Origin: an uncultured Holophagales bacterium
GTDB taxonomy: Bacteria; Acidobacteriota; Thermoanaerobaculia; Multivoradales; UBA5704
Assembly (NCBI GenBank): GCA_963842525.1
Contig: CAWJGT010000034.1
Coordinates: 544,001-608,000 of the forward strand
Length of the DNA stretch: 64,000 nt
Direction: 5' to 3'
Shown: positions 21,183 to 30,021 of the stretch, piece after piece
Layout of the letters: each line of letters starts with the position of its first letter
Numbering within the stretch: the stretch's first letter is position 1
The notes under the pieces: generated by a model
What the model was told of the DNA's origin: nothing
Database searches by the model: none
The model's input: only the letters and a program-made list of their open reading frames with translations
Made by a program: the position numbers and the translations under genes

Positions 21183-22637
21183 ATGCCCCGACTCCAACGC
21201 ATTTTCTCGCTCCTCGCCCTGACCTCCTTCGTCTCCCTCACCTGCTTCGCGGCCCAGCCCGCCCACCCGTCCCGTTCCAAGCTTCAACCCTGCAAGGTGC
21301 AGCGCGACGGCGGCGAGGTCGACGCCCTCTGCGGCCAGTACCAGGTCTGGGAGAACCGTCAGGCGAAGGCCGGCCGCAAGATCTCGTTGAAGATCGTGGT
21401 GATCCCCGCGCTCGGCCCGAACCCGAAGCCGGACCCGATCGTCGTGCTGGGCGGCGGTCCCGGTCAGGCGGCCACCGTCATGACCGGCATCCCGGGTCTG
21501 GCGCGGGACCGCGACCTTCTCTTCGTGGATCAGCGGGGGACCGGCGAGCCCGACCAGATGCAGTGCCTGCTGGGCACCCCGGGCGACCTCCAGAGCTTCC
21601 TCGAGCAGCTCTTCCCGCTCGACCCGGTGCGCCGGTGTCGGGAGGAGTTGGGCAAGAAGTACGACCTGACGCTCTACACGACCGCCGCCGGCGCGGACGA
21701 CCTCGACGAGGTCCGGGCCTGGCTCGGCTACGACAAGCTGAACCTGGCGGGCTACTCCTACGGCACCCGGATGGCGCAGGTCTACCTGAAGCGCCATCCG
21801 CAGTCGGTCCGCACCGTGACCCTCTGGGGCTCCGTGCCGATGGACGAGGCGCTGCCGATCTCGCACTCGCCTGCCGGCCAACGCTCGCTCGACATCGTCT
21901 TCGAGCTCTGCGAGCAGGACGCGGCCTGCAGCGCCAGGTTCCCGGTGCGCAAGGACTTCGAGGCAGTGATGGCGCGGCTGGACAAGGGACCCGTTGAGGT
22001 CGAGGTTCCTCACCCGGAGACCGAAAAGCCGATCAAGGTCCGGCTGCCGCGCGAGGTCGTGGCGGAGACCATCCGTTCCATCCTCTACAACGCGCAGGGG
22101 GCCGCGGCCCTGCCGCTCGCGTTCCACGAGGCGGCGGCAGGCGACTGGAAACGGCTGGGCGAGATGATTGTGCCGCAACGCTACGGCACTCTAGTCGGAC
22201 TGTCGCACGGCCTCTTTTTCTCGGTCACCTGCTCGGAGGACATGCCGCACATCACCGAGGAGCTGATCGCCGCCCGCACGGCCGGGAGCTTCCTGCGCGA
22301 CGACCGGGTGCGCCGGCAGAAGGCGGCGTGCGACCTCTGGCCGCGCGCCAAGGTCGAGCCCGGGCACCGCGACGCGGTCCGCTCGGACCTCCCGGTGCTG
22401 GTGATCAACGGCCGGCTCGACCCGGTCACGCCCCCCGACTTCGGCCGCCGGACCGTCGCGGGATTTTCGAACAGCCTCTTCCTGGAGATCCCCTACGAGA
22501 GCCATGGGATTTTCGACGACTGCCCGCTCGGGATCGCTCAGACCTTTGTCGACCGGGCCAGCCTCCAGGGGCTCGACACTTCGTGCATCGCGCAGATGAA
22601 GCCGGCGCCGTTCGTGCTGGAGCCGCCCCAGCCCTGA
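21183..22637 (+). CDS. Secreted alpha/beta hydrolase (TAP-like peptidase)
   Basis: Signal peptide, GGGPG, DQRGTG, GYSYG nucleophile, DPVTP, ESHG. Confidence 0.9.
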   Translation: MPRLQRIFSLLALTSFVSLTCFAAQPAHPSRSKLQPCKVQRDGGEVDALCGQYQVWENRQAKAGRKISLKIVVIPALGPNPKPDPIVVLGGGPGQAATVMTGIPGLARDRDLLFVDQRGTGEPDQMQCLLGTPGDLQSFLEQLFPLDPVRRCREELGKKYDLTLYTTAAGADDLDEVRAWLGYDKLNLAGYSYGTRMAQVYLKRHPQSVRTVTLWGSVPMDEALPISHSPAGQRSLDIVFELCEQDAACSARFPVRKDFEAVMARLDKGPVEVEVPHPETEKPIKVRLPREVVAETIRSILYNAQGAAALPLAFHEAAAGDWKRLGEMIVPQRYGTLVGLSHGLFFSVTCSEDMPHITEELIAARTAGSFLRDDRVRRQKAACDLWPRAKVEPGHRDAVRSDLPVLVINGRLDPVTPPDFGRRTVAGFSNSLFLEIPYESHGIFDDCPLGIAQTFVDRASLQGLDTSCIAQMKPAPFVLEPPQP

Positions 22638-22661
22638 GCGAGACGCTCGATGGTCTTGTGG

Positions 22662-22735
22662 TTAGCCCGGAGGCACCAGCGGGTAGCAGAACCTTCGTCC
22701 TGAGTGACAGGTACAGGCGCCGGCCCCAGGCCCAC
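22662..22735 (-). pseudogene. 3' remnant of a second copy of the Cys-rich peptide gene at 23492-23713
   Basis: Reads AGACTCHSGRRFCYPLVPPG* versus AGACNCHSGKRFCFPLLPPG*. Confidence 0.85.
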
Positions 22736-22826
22736 TTGGCCGCCCCGCGCTCCGGCCCTGGGCTGAAAGTTGAGTGGCGGCTCTGGCGTTGACTTGTCGA
22801 CCGCGCCGCCGTCCGTCGAGACCGAT

Positions 22827-23147
22827 TCAGGCGCCCAGCCGCATGACTTGGCCGGGTCCAACAAGCGGGAGGGCTGTGAGGATGGCGGGGATGAGCGGCC
22901 GCACTTCGTGAATCCGAGTGCCACTGCGGAGCACGATGATACCCAACTCGCTGGAGCGGATGTTCTGCTGGAACTCGAGGTTCTGGTCGGCCGTCAAGAG
23001 ATGTGTAAAGCCAGAGAGAACCGCGCGATTCATGAGCTCGCCGTTCTTTAGACCCGACCAGCCCATGCCGCGGACCGTGCGGACAGAGGGCAGGCCGAGG
23101 TCGTCGGCCAGCTCAACGGGCAGCGATTCATCGACGAGAATGCGCAG
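22827..23147 (-). CDS. DUF5615 PIN-like toxin
   Basis: LRILVDESLP...GWSGLKNGEL...LLTADQNLEFQQN; start appears to be CTG, overlapping the DUF433 gene. Confidence 0.85.
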   Translation of the reverse strand: MRILVDESLPVELADDLGLPSVRTVRGMGWSGLKNGELMNRAVLSGFTHLLTADQNLEFQQNIRSSELGIIVLRSGTRIHEVRPLIPAILTALPLVGPGQVMRLGA

Positions 23148-23352
23148 TTTCGGCGAGGAAGTCACTGGCCATCTCGAGCGCCGCAACGGCCTGGTCGCGA
23201 GACACTGAAGGGAAGGAGTGAAGGAACTGTTCGATGGTGTCTCCCGCCTCGAGGTGGTCAATGAGAGTCCGGACCGGAACCCGAGTACCCACGAAAACCG
23301 GGGTGCCGCCGAGGATCTCGGGGTCGCTGTGCACTACCTGATCGGGGCGCAT
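23128..23352 (-). CDS. DUF433 antitoxin
   Basis: SDPEILGGTPVFVGTRVPV...LEAGDTIEQFL. Confidence 0.92.
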   Translation of the reverse strand: MRPDQVVHSDPEILGGTPVFVGTRVPVRTLIDHLEAGDTIEQFLHSFPSVSRDQAVAALEMASDFLAETAHSRR

Positions 23353-23491
23353 GATCTCCTCTCTTCTAGATGAGCCAAGTTTACCAGAGCTGCCCAGGTG
23401 GCAGGAGCGCCGCCGCCCCACCTCGGGCTGAAGCATCTGCGGCGAACACTGCCGGTCCTGCGGGACCACTGCCAGCCACCGCGAAGAGCAC

Positions 23492-23713
23492 TTAGCCCGG
23501 AGGCAACAGCGGGAAGCAGAACCTCTTTCCCGAGTGACAGTTGCAGGCGCCGGCCTGGCCTGAACTGAACGTGCAATAGATGGTGCCGGGAGTACAGGGG
23601 GTCAACTGGAGGTCCTCGCAAGTGACAGAGGCCTGCGCCAGGCCGGGAGCCGACGCCCAGACGGAGACCCCGAGGATACCGACGACAGCGAGAAGACGGA
23701 GTGCCTTCAACAT
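23492..23713 (-). CDS. Small secreted six-cysteine peptide
   Basis: Signal peptide followed by ~45-aa mature region with 6 Cys; AGGAG RBS. Confidence 0.8.
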   Translation of the reverse strand: MLKALRLLAVVGILGVSVWASAPGLAQASVTCEDLQLTPCTPGTIYCTFSSGQAGACNCHSGKRFCFPLLPPG

Positions 23714-23855
23714 GAACCGCTCCTCTCCTGGATGGCCGCACAGCGAGGTTGCCGCGCGGAGCTCGCATGAGTCACTTCCCCAGAGTATACCGGAGCGAGG
23801 TTTGGCGCCGCTCGACCGCGTCCCGGTTGGTGATACCGTTACGTCTTCGAGAACG

Positions 23856-24779
23856 ATGCCTGACCAACCTACCCAGATCGGCCCCTATCGCATCACCGAG
23901 CCGCTCGGCCGCGAGGGGGCGGCGACCGTCTACCGCGCCGTCGGTCCTTCTCAGAACGAGGAGGTCCGGGTCCACCTCCTCTCGTCCCGGTTCGTCGAGC
24001 AGCCGGCTGCGCTGGAGCGCTTTCAGCGCGAAGGGAACGCCCTGTCCCGCTTTCCCCATCCCAACCTCCTCCAGGTCGTGGCCACCGGCCGCGAGGGGGA
24101 CCGGCCGTATCTGGTCACCGAGGCGTTTGACGGGGTCCCGCTCGACGAGGTGCTGCGCAGCCGCCGGCTGTCGCTGCCCGAAGCCATCCATGTGATGAAG
24201 GGGATCTGCCGCGGGCTTGCCCAGGCCCACATGCACGGCGTCGTTCACCGCCACGTCTGGCCGCACGCCATTCGCGTGTCGCCGGACCTGGCGCAGGTCA
24301 AGCTGACCGACTTCGGTTTCCTCCGGGTCGAGTCGCTGGGGACGACCGGCACGATCAAGACCGGCGCCATCTCGCTCGCCGCCTTCCACTACCTGGCGCC
24401 GGAGCAGACCGATGGCCGGCCGGACAACGACGATCACCGCGCGGACCTCTACTCCGCCGGCGTCGTGTTCCAGGAGATGCTGACCGGCCGGGCTCCGGGA
24501 GGCCGCGTCGCCCTGCCGAGCCAGCTCAACAGCGAGTTCCCCGCGGCGATCGACGTCCTGGTCCTCAAGTGCCTCGCCCGCAATCCAACCGAGCGCTACG
24601 CCACGGCCATCGACCTGCTCGCCGGCATCGGCAAGCTCGAAGAGGCGTCGCAGATCCGCCTCATCACCGGGCTGGGCGGCATCGGCCAGCCCGCTTCCCG
24701 GCGGCGGGCCCTGCTCGCCGGCGGGCTCGTGCTGCTGCTCGTTTTACTGGCGGTTGTTGGCTATCTGATCACGCGCTGA
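23856..24779 (+). CDS. Membrane-anchored Hanks-type Ser/Thr kinase homologue, probably a pseudokinase
   Basis: Kinase fold motifs (DFG, YLAPEQ, DLYSAG) with degenerate VAIK/HRD; C-terminal TM helix. Confidence 0.85.
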   Translation: MPDQPTQIGPYRITEPLGREGAATVYRAVGPSQNEEVRVHLLSSRFVEQPAALERFQREGNALSRFPHPNLLQVVATGREGDRPYLVTEAFDGVPLDEVLRSRRLSLPEAIHVMKGICRGLAQAHMHGVVHRHVWPHAIRVSPDLAQVKLTDFGFLRVESLGTTGTIKTGAISLAAFHYLAPEQTDGRPDNDDHRADLYSAGVVFQEMLTGRAPGGRVALPSQLNSEFPAAIDVLVLKCLARNPTERYATAIDLLAGIGKLEEASQIRLITGLGGIGQPASRRRALLAGGLVLLLVLLAVVGYLITR

Positions 24780-24854
24780 CAAGAAATCGGCTCGCTCCCC
24801 CCTGGCCTCGGAAGTCCCTGCCGCGCACCAACCGGCGCGCGCCCCGCTTCAGTG

Positions 24855-25045
24855 GTCCCTGTCACGCGGACTTCGGTGCCTGTCACCCGCTTCGCCAAGC
24901 GCGACCGCGCCTCCCGGTGCGTGTCACGGGGACCGTGGAGCCTGGGACGCGCACCGCCGGGCCTGTCACGCGGACCACGGTGCCTGTCATCGGCTTCGCG
25001 AAGCCGGATGCACCTTGCCGGGTCCAGTCGCAGGCACCACGGTGC
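24855..25045. repeat. Degenerate ~21-bp-period array (TGTCAC core)
   Basis: TGTCA(C/T) at 24860, 24881, 24922, 24964 and 24985. Confidence 0.65.
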
Positions 25046-25047
25046 GC

Positions 25048-25425
25048 GTGAAGCGCATCGCGGTCCCCGGCGGGACCGGCTATCTCGGAGAAGCCCTGAT
25101 CCCGCAGCTGCTGGCCCGGGGGCACCGCGTCCGGGCCCTGGCGCGGCCCGGGTCGGAAGGGAAGCTGCCGGCCGGCTGCGACGCGGTCCTCGGCAACGCG
25201 CTGGACGGCACCTCCTTCGCCCGCGAGGTCGCTCCCGCGGACACCCTGGTCCACCTGGTCGGGGTCCCGCATCCGGCTCCCTGGAAGGCGGACCAGTTCC
25301 GGAAGATCGACCTCGTCTCCGTGCATGCCTCGGTGGCCGCAGCCCGGGAGGCAGGCATCCGCCACTTCGTCTATCTCAGCATCGCGCAACCGGCTCCGAT
25401 CATGAAGAGCTACGTGGCCGGTGAC
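25048..25425 (+). pseudogene. Truncated NAD(P)-binding epimerase/NmrA-like protein
   Basis: VPGGTGYLG Rossmann motif; homology ends after PAPIMKSY. Confidence 0.75.
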
Positions 25426-25510
25426 GAAGACGTGTCGTGGCTCTGGGCTGCTCATCGTCCCTACTCTACGCGGCAGGAGGACTCCCCGGATGGACCCTGC
25501 GCGAGCCCTG

Positions 25511-25580
25511 GTCCCTCACCCCCGGCCCCTCTCCCATCCGCCCTCCCTTCCCCCGGGAGAGGGGCCGGGGGTGAGGGACC
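25511..25580. repeat. Intergenic palindromic CCCTCACCCC..CCCTCTCCC element (hairpin)
   Basis: ggtccctcacccccggcccctctccc ... gggagaggggccgggggtgagggacc, a perfect inverted repeat. Confidence 0.9.
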
Positions 25581-25688
25581 AAGGCGACGCCCCCCAGCAG
25601 AGTTTCCAAACAACCTCTGAGATAATGGCTTCGAGGACGCGGCCGAGATCGACCGTCTCGTGCCGCCGGGCACGTCGGCCCTGTAGCG

Positions 25689-27719
25689 TCAGTCCTTCCG
25701 CTGCGGTTCCACGGAAGTGCTGCTGCCCGGCAGCTCAGCCAGGAGCTTCTCCAGGTCGGGCAGGTTGACCGGCTTGACCAGGTGGCCGTCGCACCCGGCC
25801 TCCTTCGACTTGGCGCGGTCCCCGTCCTGGCCCCAGCCGGTCAGGGCGATGACGGCCATGTCGTGTCCCCACGGCTGCTCGCGGATGCGCCGCGTCGCCT
25901 CGTAGCCGTTGAGCCGGGGCATCCCGACGTCCATCAGGATCACCTCGGGCCGGAACTGCTCGGCCGCCTCCACCGCCTCGACCCCGTCGTGCGCGGTGCG
26001 GACCTCGTTGCCCAGCAGCTGGAGCATCATCGCCATCGAGGCCGCCGCGTCCCGGTTGTCGTCCACCACGAGGATGCGCCGCTTCGACCCGACGGGGTCC
26101 GGCCAGCCCTCGGCCGACGTCTCGGGCAACGACTCCGCTCGGTCCGCCAGGACCGGGAGCCTGACGGTGAACGTGCTGCCCTTGCCCTGGCCGGCGCTCG
26201 CGGCCGTCGACCGTCCCGCCGTGCATCTCGACCAGCCCCTTGACCAGCGCCAGCCCGATGCCCAGCCCGCCGGTGCTCCGCTCGATCGACCGGTCCACCT
26301 GGGAGAACATGTCGAAGATGGTCGGCAGGGCGACGGCCGGGATGCCGATCCCGGTGTCCCGGACCGCCACGACGACCTCGTCGCCCTCGCCGCTCGGCGG
26401 TGAGCCAGATGTGCCCGCCCCGCTCGGTGTACTTGGCGCTGTTGGTGAGCAGGTTGCCGAACACCTGGGCCAGCCGGGTCAGGTCGGCGTCGAGGTGGAC
26501 CGGCTCCGGCGGCAGCGAGACGGTCAGCTCGTGCCCGGCCGCCTCGATCGCCGGGCGGGCCGTCTCCACCGCGCTGCTGACGACGTCCGCGAGCAGCACC
26601 CGGGCGCGGCGCAGCTCCATCTTGTTCGGCTGATGCGGGAGACGTCGAGCAGGTCGTCGATCAGCCGCACCATGTGCGCGAGCTGCCGGTCCATCATGTC
26701 CCGCGACCTGGCGACGGCATCCGCGTCGCCGGCGGCCAGCCGCATCACCTGGAGGCCGTTGCGGAGCGGGGCGAGCGGGTTCCGCAGCTCGTGGGCCAGC
26801 AGCGCGAGGAACTCGTCCTTGCGGCGGTCGGCCTCCTTGAGCGCCTCCACGGCCTCCCGCAGGGCCGCCTCCGCCCGCTTCCGCTCGGTGATGTCGCGGG
26901 CGATCTTCGACGCCCCGATGACGCGGCCCTCCGCGTCGCGGATCGGGGAGACGGTCAGCGAGATGTCGAGCCGGCGGCCGTCCTTGGCCACGCGGACCGT
27001 CTCGAAGTGCTCGATCCGCTCCCCGCGGCGGAGCCGGGCCAGGATCTCCCGCTCCTCGTCCAGCCGCTCCGGCGGGATGATCAGGGTGATCGGCCGGCCG
27101 ACGGCCTCCTCGGCCGTGTAGCCGAAGAGCCGCTCGGCCCCGGCGTTCCACGACCGGATGACGCCGTCGAGGGTCTTGCTGACGATCGCGTCCTCGGACG
27201 ACTCGACGATGGCCGCGAGCCGCGCCTGGGCCTCCTCGGCCCGCCTGCGCTCGGTCACGTCGCGGAAGACCAGGACCGCCCCCACCGGGGCGCCGAGCTC
27301 GTCCCGCATGGGGGCGGCGCTGTCGTCGATCGGCCGCTCGGTCCCGTCCCGGGCGATGAGGACCGTGTGGTTCGCCAGCCCGACGACCACCCCTTCCCGC
27401 AGCGCCCGCAGGGCGGGGTTCTCGACCGGCTGGCGGGTGTGCTCGTTGACGATGCGGAAGACGTCCGGCAGGGGCCGGCCCGCGGCCTCGGCCTGGGTCC
27501 AGCCGGTCAGGGCCTCGGCCACGCCGTTGAGGAACGTCACCCGGCCCTCGGCGTCGGTGCTGATCACCGCGTCGCCGATGCTGGCGAGGGTGATCCGCAG
27601 CCGCTCCCGCTCGGCGGCGAGCTCCCGCTCGGCCCGCTGGCGGGCGAGGAGGATGGCTCTGGGCGTTCTGCAGCGCGACGGACCGGAGCCGCTCGCTCCT
27701 CGTCGTCGTTCGCCGCCAT
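25689..27719 (-). CDS. Hybrid sensor kinase PAS-PAS-HisKA-HATPase-REC (several apparent frameshifts)
   Basis: SIGDAVISTD, SSEDAIVSKTLDG, LAHELRNPL, NLLTNSAKYT, DTGIG, GLGIGL, ILVVDDN, MDVGMP. Confidence 0.88.
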
Positions 27720-28783
27720 CACCCGCCTCCGAGTATTTCCGACGCGAGGGCCGTGCCGAGCACCCGCGCGCGGATCTTCGCGAACGCCGTGTCGCGGGTC
27801 GTCGACGTGTCGTCGCAGAACGGCGAGAACCCGCAGTCGTCGCGTCGTGCCCGAGCTGCTCGACCGGGATGTACTCGGCCGCTTCGAGGACCCGGTCCCG
27901 GACCTCCTCCGGCGTCTCGACGCGCGGGTCGATCGGCGCGACGACGCCGACGAACACCCGCTGGTCCGGCTTCATGTGGTCGCGGATGATCTTCAGGACG
28001 CGGACGCGGTCCTTCTCGCCGGCCAGGGCGATGTAGAAGTTCCCGGCCTTCAGCTCGAACAGGCTGGGCAGCAGCTCGGCGTAATCGACGTCCGCGCTGT
28101 GGGTCGAGTCGCGGTCGCCGCCCGGGCAGGTGTGCACGCCGATGCGGCTGGCGGTCCTCGGCGGAGAACCGCGACAGCGCGAGGTTGTTCAGGTCGATGA
28201 AGCTGTGCAGGAGATCCCCGGAGGGGTCGATCTTGACCGCCAGCCGCCCCTCCGTGAAGTCGATCTGCACCTTGTGCGCGCCCTTGCGCAGGCAGGTGCG
28301 GACCTCGGTCTCGTGCTCGCGCAGCAGGTCGTCGATGAACTGCTCGCGGGAGTAGCCGGGGATCTCGTCGGCCGGGTACATGAGGCTCAGGGCCGAGGGC
28401 GAGATGACCGCCTGCTTCACCGGCATGTGGGCGTACCGCAGGGCCACGTCCAGGTAGCTGTCCGCGTGCCGCTTGTAGCGGAACGGGCCGGCCGTCAGCC
28501 GCGGCATCCGGCGGATGTGGCCGGCCGCGAACGGGATCTTGAAGCCGTCCGGGGCCGTGTTCGGCAGCCCGTGGACGCAGTACGTCCAGAAGTTGTGGTA
28601 CTTCCGCTGCTCGCCGTCGGTGATGACCGGCGAGCCCGTGGCCTCGAACCGCTCGATGGTGTCCCGGATCGCCTCCTCGTAGAGCGGGTCCAGCCTCGGG
28701 TCCGCGCCGTCCGTGGCCGCGACCGCCTCGATCAACCTCAGCGGCCTCGGGATGCTGCCGATCGGCTCGGTTGGGATCGTCAT
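27719..28783 (-). CDS. Cobalamin-independent methionine synthase II-like protein (apparent frameshifts)
   Basis: MTIPTEPIGSIPRP, ITDGEQ, VQIDF, HTCPG, DDCGFSPF; TGATG overlap with the kinase start. Confidence 0.85.
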   Translation of the reverse strand: MTIPTEPIGSIPRPLRLIEAVAATDGADPRLDPLYEEAIRDTIERFEATGSPVITDGEQRKYHNFWTYCVHGLPNTAPDGFKIPFAAGHIRRMPRLTAGPFRYKRHADSYLDVALRYAHMPVKQAVISPSALSLMYPADEIPGYSREQFIDDLLREHETEVRTCLRKGAHKVQIDFTEGRLAVKIDPSGDLLHSFIDLNNLALSRFSAEDRQPHRRAHLPGRRPRLDPQRGRRLRRAAAQPVRAEGRELLHRPGRREGPRPRPEDHPRPHEAGPAGVRRRRRADRPARRDAGGGPGPGPRSGRVHPGRAARARRDDCGFSPFCDDTSTTRDTAFAKIRARVLGTALASEILGGG

Positions 28784-28843
28784 CCTCTTCATTCGCAAGG
28801 ACGATACCATAGCCGGCGCGTTGGCCCACGATATGATGCGGCC

Positions 28844-29665
28844 ATGGCCGACCTCCAAGGCAGGACCCTCTTCATCACCGGCGCGAGCCGCGGCATCGGC
28901 AAGGCGATCGCGCTGCGCGCCGCCGCGGACGGCGCTAACATCGTCATCGCCGCCAAGAGCGCGGAGCCCCATCCCAAGCTGCCCGGGACGATCTACACGG
29001 CCGCCGAGGAGATCGAGGCCGCTGGAGGCAGGGCCCTCCCTCTCCAGGTCGATGTCCGCGACGAGGAACAGATCCAGAAGGCCGTCGAGCAGACGGTCGC
29101 CACCTTCGGCGGGATCGATGTCCTGGTCAACAATGCGAGCGCCATCAACCTGACTGGGACCCTCGAGACGCCGATGAAGCGCTTCGACCTCATGTGGTCG
29201 GTCAACGCCCGCGCCACCTTCGCCTGCTCCCAGGCCTGCATTCCCTGGCTCCGGAAGTCCCCCAACCCGCACATCCTGACCCTTGGGCCGCCGATCAACC
29301 TGGACCCGAAGTGGTTCAAACGGCACACGGCCTACACGATCTCGAAGTACGGGATGAGCCTCTGCGTCCTGGGGATGGCCGAGGAATTCAGGGACGACGG
29401 CATCGCGATCAACGCTCTCTGGCCGCGCACGGTCATCGCCACCGCCGCCATCGCCATGCTTCGCGGCATGGCGCCGCCCGAGCGCTGCCGCAAGCCCGAG
29501 ATCGTGGCCGACGCCGCTCACGTCGTCCTCACCCGCGACAGCCGCTGCTGCACGGGCAACTTCTACATCGACGAGGACGTGCTGCGGGAGGCCGGCGTCA
29601 CCGACTTCGAGAGGTACGCCGTCCAGCCCGGCCAGCCGCTGATGTCCGACCTTTTCCTGGATTAA
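28844..29665 (+). CDS. SDR oxidoreductase (HSDL2-like)
   Basis: TGASRGIG, NNASAI, YTISK, NALWPRT. Confidence 0.92.
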   Translation: MADLQGRTLFITGASRGIGKAIALRAAADGANIVIAAKSAEPHPKLPGTIYTAAEEIEAAGGRALPLQVDVRDEEQIQKAVEQTVATFGGIDVLVNNASAINLTGTLETPMKRFDLMWSVNARATFACSQACIPWLRKSPNPHILTLGPPINLDPKWFKRHTAYTISKYGMSLCVLGMAEEFRDDGIAINALWPRTVIATAAIAMLRGMAPPERCRKPEIVADAAHVVLTRDSRCCTGNFYIDEDVLREAGVTDFERYAVQPGQPLMSDLFLD

Positions 29666-30012
29666 GTCTTCTCCGCCCGGAGCTGGTCGATGGTGTCGAA
29701 GGCGTGGCGCAGGTGGGGGATGACGATGCTGCCGCCGACGACCAGGGCCACGTTCAGGGCGTCGTACAGCTCGTCGTCCGTCCAGCCGACCTCGATGCAC
29801 TGGTCGAGGTGGTAGTCGATGCAGTCGTTGCAGCGCAGGACGGCCGAGGCGACCAGGCCCAGCAGCTCCTTGGTCTTGCCGTCGAGGGCACCGTCCCGAT
29901 AGGCGGCGCTGTCCAGGTTGAAGAAGCGCTTGATCCCGAGGTGGTCGGTCCCCAGGATGCGCTCGTTCATGCGCTCCCGGTAGGCACGGAACTCGTCGAT
30001 GGATTGAGACAT
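29662..30012 (-). CDS. Carboxymuconolactone decarboxylase/AhpD-family protein
   Basis: GALDGKTKEL...LRCNDCIDYH. Confidence 0.9.
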   Translation of the reverse strand: MSQSIDEFRAYRERMNERILGTDHLGIKRFFNLDSAAYRDGALDGKTKELLGLVASAVLRCNDCIDYHLDQCIEVGWTDDELYDALNVALVVGGSIVIPHLRHAFDTIDQLRAEKT

Positions 30013-30021
30013 GTGTCCTCC

